Source: Auanema rhodensis (lineage: Eukaryota > Animalia > Nematoda). From it: 64,000 bases of DNA. The first letter of the stretch is position 1. The number at the start of each line of letters is the position of its first letter. The stretch spans positions 8,618,001 to 8,682,000 of the forward strand of contig OZ059898.1 of the NCBI GenBank assembly GCA_964057225.1. Direction: 5' to 3'. The position numbers and the translations under genes were made by a program. Positions 1-10,144 of this stretch are shown here, in pieces. Under the pieces are notes generated by a model. It was not told where the DNA came from and did no database searches. It saw nothing but the letters and a program-made list of their open reading frames with translations.

Positions 1-1013
1 CAGATACTACAGTATTGCATCCTCACCAAAACACAATAATAAGAGAGTATGTTTTCTTTTAGTTATTTATTGATAATATTAAAATGGAAATTTCAGGTTG
101 CTGTTTGCGCTGTTGTTACAAGATATAACATCGGAGATCGCCAGCTGAAAGGAGTCTGTACAAATTATCTTGTTGATAAGGTTTGCTTTTTTTAAAATTA
201 TTGTTATAAAATAATATATTTTTTAGCCTGCTGGTCAAAATGTTGCTATTTATGCCAGAAAATCGACTATGAGATTACCTCACCGCCAGACCAATCCAGT
301 AATTATGATTGGTCCTGGTACAGGATATGCTCCATTCAGATCTTTCATTCAAGAAAGAGCTTTCCATAAGAAGAATGGTATAGACGTTTGCATTTGTTTA
401 ACTTCATCCATAATTCTTCAGGGCGTGAAACTGGAGATATGTTCCTTTATTACGGTTGTCGTCATCCTGATCAAGACTTTATTTATCGTGAAGAACTTGA
501 AGAAGCTGTCAAAGAAAATGTGGTTACCAAATTGTTCTGTGCTTTCAGTCGAGCTCAAGATAAAAAAGTCTACGTTCAGGTTTGTTTATATACTTTATTT
601 TTTATTACTGTTTTGTTTTTAGGATAAACTTTGGGAATCTCGCGATATTGTGTACAAGGCTATTACTGATGGAGGATACATTTACGTTTGCGGGTAAATT
701 TATTTCGATTTCTCCAATTGATTTTCAAACCCAATATATGAACATTTCTTGCAAAAGGAAAATGACGTTATTTGTTCACGTGTAATTACGTCAAGACGTG
801 CTTCAGCATGCTAGAAATCGACTTACATGTCATATAATATTACAAAAAAACGAAAATCGGTTTTTCAGTGACGCTCGCTGCATGGCCCGTGATGTTCAAG
901 CCACCCTTCTTCGGATATTTAGAGAGGAAGGTGGTAAAACAGAGCAGGAGGCTGCCGCTATGTTTAAAGATCTTGAGAAACAGCGTAGATATCAAGCCGA
1001 TGTTTGGTCTTAA
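1..1013 (+). CDS. emb-8: NADPH-cytochrome P450 reductase, 3' part (5'-truncated by the window). Exons 1-46, 97-180, 227-377, 422-579, 623-693, 869-1013
   Basis: Spliced translation gives [62 protein letters not shown] and C-terminal RYQADVWS*, the FAD/NADPH-binding motifs of CPR. All introns are GT-AG. AATAAA at 1305-1310. Confidence 0.95.
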
Positions 1014-1341
1014 ATTTTATAATTTGCTAATATTTTTCATACATTTCATAAGCTAAACTTTCAATTTTCATTTCTGTCTAGCATTAATCAGGCATATTCT
1101 GGAAAGTTTTCTATCTTCTTTGTACTGCTTTTAATATCCTTACTAGAAATAATCAAATTCTACTGATTTATCAAAATTTTTTTCAAAGTAACTTACTAAT
1201 CATTTAAAGAGCTTTTTTCATAAATTTTTAATTTTTTTCATCAATCATCGCTATTTCTTAATTTTTCCCAGCTTGCGGGTATTTTTTTAAAATAATTTAA
1301 TTCAAATAAAGAAGTTATTATGCTTTATCATTGTACATTTA

Positions 1342-1603
1342 TCACCAGAGGGAGCCCCAGACATGTGATAAACTGAACCACTCATTGGTACTGAGACGTT
1401 TCGTGCTGTTGCTGTTTGAAGCATCACTGCAACAGGAAAAAATAGGAAAATTATAATTTTTCTAACTAAATAAGGTTTTTTTCTACTTGTTCAAATTTCT
1501 ATTATAAAATAACTATTTACCTGATTGAGCAGGATGACAGAGATACAAGACAGACAAGAAGAAGAATAAAGGAAAGCAGAAAAATCCGGGAAACAAAAGC
1601 CAT
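1342..1603 (-). CDS. Small secreted neuropeptide-like precursor, 55 aa: MAFVSRIFLLSFILLLVCLVSLSSCSISDASNSNSTKRLSTNEWFSLSHVWGSLW. Exons 1603-1521 and 1426-1342
   Basis: ATG at 1603 opens a hydrophobic signal peptide. Donor AG|gtaaat at 1521/1520 and acceptor ttcctgttgcag| at 1427/1426 bound a 94-nt intron that joins in frame. A KR dibasic site precedes a 17-aa W-x6-W peptide ending at TGA 1344-1342. Confidence 0.78.
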
Positions 1604-2028
1604 CTCGGTGAAGCGAATAGTCAAGAATGATCAAAATTATAGTTATAATAGGCGGTTTAATAGATTAACAGCGTCGTCCGTTGGGTAGGTTCTCAGGTTC
1701 TGAAGAAGAACTGTGAATGTTTTTCTTGAACGAAACCAGAACCTAAAAGCGAAACTGAAGGACAATGGGTTGATGAATGATGATGATATAACTATACATG
1801 GAATTAATAGGAACGCCTGTATGTACATGCCATGATGAAAACAACTGTATAGATACTATACAGAAAGCGGCAAATTGAATCATTTCATTATAGTCTTTCA
1901 AGATTTTATTGAGACCATTCGAATATTCTAGCTTTTATTTTTACCGATTTATTTGAAATATCAAATAATGCAAGATATTGAAATGTGTGCTAATTTCGAG
2001 CGCGTACCTTTACAATCGTACAACAAGG

Positions 2029-2150
2029 CATATATTTTTGAGGCTATTGGCGTAAATTCAGATAGGAGAATCATCTAGAATCATCTAGGAGAATCATATA
2101 TTTTTGAGGCTATTGGCGTAAATTCAGATAGGAGAATCATCTAGAATCAT
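2029..2150. repeat. Exact 56-bp direct duplication (2029-2084 and 2095-2150) with a 10-bp spacer
   Basis: CATATATTTTTGAGGCTATTGGCGTAAATTCAGATAGGAGAATCATCTAGAATCAT occurs twice at a 66-bp period. Confidence 0.95.
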
Positions 2151-3218
2151 TGAACGGAACCTGAAATAAATGCAATAATACCATCTAGAGTTAACTACAA
2201 TTTCTTTACTTATCTAGGATATCAGAAATACTGTTTTATACATTTTCTGTTTACTGATATAGTTTTCAGGACCAGGATTTTTAACGCTCAAACTATTATG
2301 TTATTTCTTCATAACAAGTCTGTATAATGTATAAGATGGCCAAGATAAAAAAAAGTAAGTGAATGAAGCTTATTCTTGTCAGGTATTTAGTGTTTAATTG
2401 CCTCTATCCCACGATTTTCACCTGTCCTGTTTCTGGCTTAATTTCGAACGCCTATTACATCTTCGAATGGTACTATCCATTTCATTCTATCTTTTTCTCT
2501 TTTTCTCTTTTTGTTTCTCTTTCTCTTACTCTTTCTCTTTCTCTTTCTTCTCCTCTTCATCTTCATTTTCATCTTGATCTCCCTAGTCATTCATGGGCTT
2601 ATCCCTAGAGTGTTTTTTTGCCTTTTCTCTTTTCCTCGAGGCTTTGTACAACATGACTGAACAGCTACAATCCTGATGGAAATCAAGCCACGTTTATCAC
2701 TTTATTGAATTTGCTGCTTCTCAAACAAAAATCCTAATTGCTTGTTGCACCTGCCACGGATTCAACTTTCCACGATATCTTGTTTGAAGTAGTCCTTAAT
2801 TCAGAACATAAGCTTGTCACTACATACTACCATGAACGTGTCACATCACCCATGACTATTTAATTTAAGTATCTTCTTTTCTTGTTCTTTTGATTACGAT
2901 TTTCTTAGAAGAAAATAAAAAAATGAATATTTATATTTTAAAAAACACCTAAGTATTAGTTTAATTTTTTCAATTATAAAGTATTTTTTCAAATCATTGG
3001 TGGTTTGTTCATTGTTTTTGTTTTGAAATATTTTTCGTAAGATCTATAGAAAGTTTAAAAGTTTAACTGTTTTTTTTTCCTGACATCCCCTAAGTTTTGA
3101 TGTTTCTGTTTTGAACAGCATGAGTGTGATGAAATGCATCATTTTGTTTTACATTAAACTTGAAGTTATAAGCAGAATATATTTGTTGTTTTTAGGAGTG
3201 CGGTCAAAATAAAAACGA

Positions 3219-3302
3219 ATGCTCGTGCTTTATCCCTCGCCCTCCATATCAACTCAGCCAGCGGTGTCTCTACATGGTCATTCGTTAATACAGCTGGATA
3301 AG
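3219..3302 (+). CDS. sup-26: Candidate alternative first coding exon of sup-26 (MLVLYPSPSISTQPAVSLHGHSLIQLDK, phase 0)
   Basis: tttag acceptor at 3195, ATG at 3219, open frame to AAG|gtccgc (weak donor). Phase fits the exons at 4660 or 10948. Confidence 0.45.
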
Positions 3303-4276
3303 GTCCGCTAATTTTCTTATTATTAAATATCAAATTAGTAAAAGAGAGAATTTTCATTTTCAAAGATAAGGTTTTTTAATCAAAAATACATAATATTCGT
3401 AGTTTCATCGCGTGTACTTCACATGTATACTCCCATATGTTTATCTCGTGTGAACTCACATCATCTCATTCGTTTGAGTTGGAAAGAAAAGATGAGATAG
3501 TGAGAGTTCGCATCTTTGAATTTTTTTTCACATGACGCTCCTGATACACCACCAACACCTTTTGCATTTTTCACCAGTTATCTTAATCTTATCTTTTTAA
3601 ACTGGATATTCTTATCTGTTTTACCTATTGAAATTTCACTAGTTTTTTTTATCTAATGGCATAGTCGTAATATTACCTTTTAACGTCAAACAAAAAGATA
3701 ATATAAGTTAGCTATGTGTTATCCAATTGTTGTTGCTGTAAATCCGAAAAAGTTTAATTCGAATAACCTTATATAATATTTATCTCGTGGTTATTCTATT
3801 TCTATATCCCAGTCTGTTGAATATTATTTCTCTTTGATATCTAGTCGCGCCATAAAGACGTTAAGTTATTCCGAACCTAAGACTGTGATTGGTTAAGAGA
3901 GAAAGGAAAAAAGAATGTCCATAAGATGAAGATGAGCAGGTGCACTAGTGTCAAGCCTGCGTCTCATTCACACTGGTCATTTGGCTCTCCTTAAATCATG
4001 TGTTCCCTCAACGTTCGTTTATATTGTGGTACTGGCTCTGCTTTCTCCTTCGGCTATGTCAGTTGTCTGCATCTCTGGATGCTCGTCTTCTTCACTTTTC
4101 CCTTTTTGGTGTGGCAACACACGCACTCTGTACCCACGCGGGCGGTTGTGACTCAGTTTCGAAAGGAAATACAGGCTGATGAGGAACTAATGTATTCTAC
4201 ACTCATTACATTTGGTGTTCAATCTATTTAACTGTACTTCTTTGTTTATAGAGATTTTTAAAATTTTCTTGTAGTT

Positions 4277-4303
4277 ATGTGCTTATCAACAGTTCCTGTC
4301 GAG
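4277..4303 (+). CDS. sup-26: Candidate alternative first coding mini-exon of sup-26 (MCLSTVPVE, phase 0)
   Basis: ttcttgtag acceptor at 4274, ATG at 4277, donor GAG|gtgatt. Phase fits downstream exons. Confidence 0.4.
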
Positions 4304-4659
4304 GTGATTGTAAGAACATCTAATCATCTTTGCTTTTTAATTTTCTTCTTTTCCTTTTTATTTCTATTACTCATATTCCTATTCGATACCCTTATACACA
4401 TTCATTGGTTTTTGAAATGTTGTTAAAGAACAAATAGCTCACTTGTATATCTTGCTCATCTGTACAGTTTTTGTATCAACACAGTCGTTTCATTTTCTCT
4501 TTCATCATATCTTTTATTTTTCATTCTCGTATCGTTCTCCTCACTTTTTTATTGATTTTTCACTATTTTATGTTTTAACTGAGTTCTGTTTTTGTCCGAC
4601 TCATTGTCATTGTCATTTATTTCTTCCGTATTGAATCTTTAACCGAGTTCTTGTGACAG

Positions 4660-7600
4660 ATGCTTTCCATGGATCGCCCTTCTCTACCACACGTGCCTCT
4701 TCAGAATCAGGATGGTCTTACCTTGCGCTTCAGCCCCACCGCAAAGAATACGGTAGCTTTTTTTTCCTTATCCTCTTAAAGAAACGACAGAAAGTTATGT
4801 TTTTATGACTTTCTTCTTCTTTCCTCTAAGATATTTTCACTATCATATTAACTCTTCTTTTTGACATGTGCATATTATGCTGCTAGCTTTATCGGCGGAA
4901 TTCTAATGGCTCATTTGTTTCTAAACATTTAATATTCGTCTTCTTACTTTTTTTTAGTTTCTCTCGTGTAAATAAGTCATTTATTGATATTAAATATCCT
5001 TATGCAATTCTCACATCAAAAGATGCATGATTCTTCGATTCATGGATTTTTAAAACTATTTTTCTGGAAAAATTCGGAAATGTAGTATTCCCGACTACAA
5101 GATGCCACACTTTCGGTTCAAACCATACATGCTCATATTTCTTGTGGAATTCGACGTACAATTTCGGTCAATATTTCCCAGTTAGATCGTCTCTTCGATT
5201 TCATCAGTACAGCAAGAACCGTCAGCAAAGTTGGTCTCAATCTTTGATCTGAATCTTCTCTTTTCTTCCTTTTATAGTTGTCTTCTTCGAATCTTATCAT
5301 CCTCTCATGTTGTTGTATACATTGACAATGAGAGTGCTGATGTTTGTCCCGCTGCATACGCTGCCCTCCCCAAACCCCTCGCCCATCTAAATGTTTTACT
5401 TGATTTCACAAGGCTACGATATATTGATGGGCAGTTTTTTTTTGGTTTTCGTTGTCTGCTTCAGCTGATTTAACTGTATGGCCTCGAATGATGGATATCA
5501 TTTGCTGCCCGTCAGGCGTAGACCATCGTTTCATATATTCTGACAATATTGAATGAATAAACGACAGAGTTTCTATGTACAGTGGTGACTCTCCGTTGGA
5601 GCAGCTGCGCGATAAGGTTTGAAACAATAAGTAATCAATTTGATATAGTGCTTTTTCATAACTCACATTTGAACTTAGATTGAAATTTAAAATTAATTGT
5701 TAATAGCATGGTAATAGCTAAAAGGTTTAAAGTTGTGATATAGAAAGACCATTTCTCAAAATATGTAATGGACTGATTCTGGTATCTAATCATGACCATC
5801 CGAGCTTTTTATCGCAATACTCCCTCTTGTATTTTTTTCTCTATATAATTTGTAATATTCTACTTTTCGATATGTCAAAATGATATAAAAGTCTTCTTTT
5901 AATCTGATTTTGTTTCATTTTCATGACTATCTATGCCCCCCCCCCAATATTAAAGCATTCTTAGTGTTTTGAAATCTTCTTGAATAATTTTCGAGTCCCC
6001 TATGGTATTGATTGACTTACATATTACTAACGATATTGTCCTAGTAGAGCCCTTATATTCACTCAATGATCTTTATACATATCCGTACTCTTTACCTAAC
6101 CTACCTGTTGTCTCTTTAGCTATTTTTGTGTCAGTATTTCCCTTAAATGATCTTTGATCATCTATCCCAATGGGATCACATAAAGTGAGCAATCTTGCCG
6201 ACTACCTTAGTGGGCTTGAGAATTTATGCGAGATAGAAGAAGATATGAAGATATATAAGAGAAAAAGAAAATAAACCTTAAGTAGTATTTAAGTATTGAA
6301 ACTTTGATCATTCATTACTTTCTTCTATTCAAGCTTTTCTCTCTTATTTCAACATATTTTTATTCAATCTAATTAATAAAATAGTAAGGAACTCTGTTAA
6401 ACGTCTTCATTCTTACTTTATGAGATAAAGCTATATCTCATGGTTTTTTTGATTTTTGTTACTTGACTTTTTTAAACATTCTCTTGTTGGTTCTTGATGT
6501 AACTAGTCTCAGCTCACTGAAACTACCGTAATTTTTTTGTTTTGTTTCCTAGATGAATATTAGGTCGTGTTCTTTCTTATCTATAAATTTTTCTAACAAA
6601 GATTGAACAGCTTACAGAGGCTTCAACGTAAGTCATAAAACTTAGCGTTATGTTCAAATTCTAACGTCATTGTTCTCTTGACTACTTTGATCAAATATTA
6701 TGAGGAGATATATCCGTTCTGACTTTGTTCTCATCCAACCAGTAAGAGACGATGATAGTACAAAATACCAAAATCGGAGCAGCAACAGCCGCGGGGTCTA
6801 AAGCAGATGGTCTTGTGATGAAAAAGCCATCTGGGCACCTTTCCGTTTCTCTTTTATCCTTTCCCTATCTCTCACAACAACAAACCACCCACAACGATTG
6901 AAATTCGCTTCTTATCTCACTTTTGTACTAAGTACTATGCGGTTACTGATGTATGGTCAGAATATACCCTTCGCGTTTTCAATGAGTCTCATTGGATTTC
7001 AGGATAGCCAGAGAGCATTTTTCTATTAGCAAATCTTTCATGATTGTTTGGCATCTTTTTCACCTATTAGTTCATGATCATGACTAGCCAACGCCATCAA
7101 GAGTTGTCCTTGAGCGGATGACGATTCCACCACCAACCTGATTAGGCCCAATGACGGCTCGCTTTTGGCCTCTCGGTCAGCAGAGGCAACATCCGATTCG
7201 TGTTTTTTCGACGTCTGATTTCATCTTTTTCGTGTTCGTCAATCGATTCTCATTGTTCAGGTAGTTTTACAAAAACGCGAAAAAAATTCCTTCTGCAGTT
7301 CATCTCTTTCCTGTGACCCAACTTAAGTTTTCTTTGTTTTTTACGTGATTCTTGCAGTGACATTTCTACAAGCCGAACTTTAAAAATATATCTTTCGGTT
7401 TTCATAAATCTCAACAAAGATTAGAACTATTTTTAGTTTTTTTTAATGTTTGGGACAAAATATATTTTATTTAACAATAGTTTAAAAATTTTATTTAGTA
7501 AATACATCTTATTGAAAATTAGGTTAAAACTAAATGTTTAAGTTATCTGAAAAGCTTTGCCTAATCATTGTCGTTTATGAACAGCATTTATAACAATTTA

Positions 7601-10094
7601 AACTATTTTTGCACTTTTCTCTATAACTATTTGTTGGTAACACAACTATTTCTATGCAACAACCTCTCAGTTTATCGTTTTCGAGCTATATTTTCTCCTT
7701 TTCCTTGATTTGGTTTTCCAAAACATTGGATGAAAACTACGAGGTCGAACAACACGCTTCAAAACCGGTTCTTTCTGCTCATCATAAGGATGTAAAGATG
7801 AGCCAAAATTCTGTCATTATTTCTGAGAATGAAAATCTAAAAAAATATCAAATGATTCCTTGCTCTTTTCTCAAAATTTTTTTGGCTACTAACATATTAT
7901 GCAAGAGCGAGCATAATCGCTGTTGTTCTATCAAGTCTGTTGCTGTATATAAGTTCGAATGGTGTGGGATCGCACAGGCCGATAGGCCGGGTGGGGTCTT
8001 GGCCAATCGCCAACGGTCGCCCGCCAAGACGAACCCCGTGACGTACTGACGCTCTCCACCTATCCCACTTGTCAACATTCCTTCTCGCTTCTCTTAAACG
8101 TTGTTGCCTCTCTTCCTCATTTGACTGTCTTTATTGTAACATTGAATTGTAGAAGGTTCCAGAAACTTTCAGTTAAGAAACAACAACTACGTTGACTTGT
8201 TTTCGATTTTAAAATTCATCAGAATCTACGATCATCTCGTTCAAACTGTTTGCTTTTAATATATCTCTATCTACAATTTTATAGCTTTTAAACATTCTAG
8301 CAACTCCAATCTTAATTATAATACTCTACTTCATATAAAAAGAAATATTTTAAAAACTACAAATATAAGTATGAAATATAATCTCTTAAAATCATGATTA
8401 CTTCATAATTTAAAGAATAATCACATTCCTTTTCTACAAAAAAAATCAATTCAAAATAATACTCAAGACATTTTCTTTAAACTTATACAAACTTTATGAA
8501 AAATCTTTGATCTCTCAGCTCTGCAAACGTACTACCTAGTCTTCATAGAGATTTTCAACGGTCTTGAAATTTCCTCACAGATATTTGTTTTTTAGCTTTT
8601 CTTACAACTGTTCATTGACCGTCTTCCTTTTATAATTAGCTTGTACAATTAGATCAAAACAAATTTATTTCTCCTAATTGTCACTTTAAGTTTATCATGA
8701 CTTTTATCTTTAGTTACCTACGTTTTTCTCATTTTTCAGCTGAACTTTCTGTCTTTTGACAATTGAACGTTACCTCTCTTTCTGTCGATGCTCAGCTGCA
8801 ATCGGGTTCTATTTACTTTTTCCTCAAAAAAAACCTCAGTCTTCTGCTGTTTCCATGTCTCCTTTACGTTTCTTTCATTGATTCCTGCTAGTAACATCTA
8901 AAAAATCGTCAACTTATGTTTTTCAATTCTCTGCAGTAAAAAATTCAAAGATTTCTGAATTATTGATGCAACGATACCTGTACTACGTGATTCTCTGATA
9001 GTAGGTTGATACGGATGTTTATTGTAATTACAACTTGCGCTTCCTACAGCTCAATGAACTTAGCAGTCTGCTGTGATCCTGACTTGACCGCCTGACCCAA
9101 CCTACTAAAGCATAGTCCATTCCAAGTTGATCATCGAGTTTGCCAGTATCGATTGCATCTATTCTCTAATAACATCCACTAAACGACTCACTCTGAGAGT
9201 CCGGGTATTCCGGTCTTTCTAACGTTCACGTTTATCCCTTTATAGCTAAAAACGCAAAATTGGCGCATTTTACGACCTTTACTTGGGTCACTGTTGTTAT
9301 TGTTTTGGGCATTTGTTTTTCTAGTGTTCTGCGATTTTGGTACAGTAGTGCACAATCGCCAGAAATCCTCCTAATATCCAGATACAGTGCTCAAAGCCAA
9401 CCAGCAAACGCCTAGGAACTTTATAGTTTGGTCGTTTTTATTATGGTTCCCAGCACGCCCACTTCCGGAATTTGTTTGTTATGATTTTTCGTTTTCGAAA
9501 CTTCCCGCATTTCCATATGGGATCCCATAAGAGGGCAAATCTAAGGCATATTACCGACAATGCTCCCATGTTATCCTAAAAAGGATACTAAAGCTTGTTA
9601 ATGTTTATATTATGTTCTTACTGATTTTATTTGCTGAATTTATTTGAGCTTAGTTCAATTATGCGAAACCAACTCATAATGAACTTTTTTATTGAGAATT
9701 ATCAGTAGCTTTGAGAGTCAATAACGACATCTGCACTTTGCTTGTATTTCCTCTTCTGATATCTTAGCGATAGGCCTTTAAAGATTTTGATCTTTACACT
9801 CTGTTTCTCAGCCTCTTAGTATATATTGTATCATACATCTGTTAGCTTTGTACGATTTACATTGGTAGTGTTGTTGGAAATTTTGCCAATTTGCCAGCTG
9901 CCACAGGTTGTCCCTTTTCGTTTTTTGTTTAGAAGACCAATCTGTTCGAAATGAAACTGAGAGATGGAAGGAGAACGATAAATTGCTGCATTTTTTCGTT
10001 GTCTGAACTTTAAAATTTATTAATGAGCCGACTGGTTTGAACTGAGCAGCTATTATTTTCCGCTAAAGTTTCAAAATAATAGTTGTATTATATA

Positions 10095-10144
<50 letters not shown>

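Noticed and set aside
745-845. Possible H/ACA snoRNA in the longer emb-8 intron
   Set aside because: The hairpins are weak and no ANANNA H box lies between them. The clustered ACGT cores look more like an enhancer.
7986-8037. HDV-like ribozyme (GGCCGG start, CGAA before a closing CCCC)
   Set aside because: No P3/L3 TCCTCG-type loop, no P1 partner and no nested pseudoknot.
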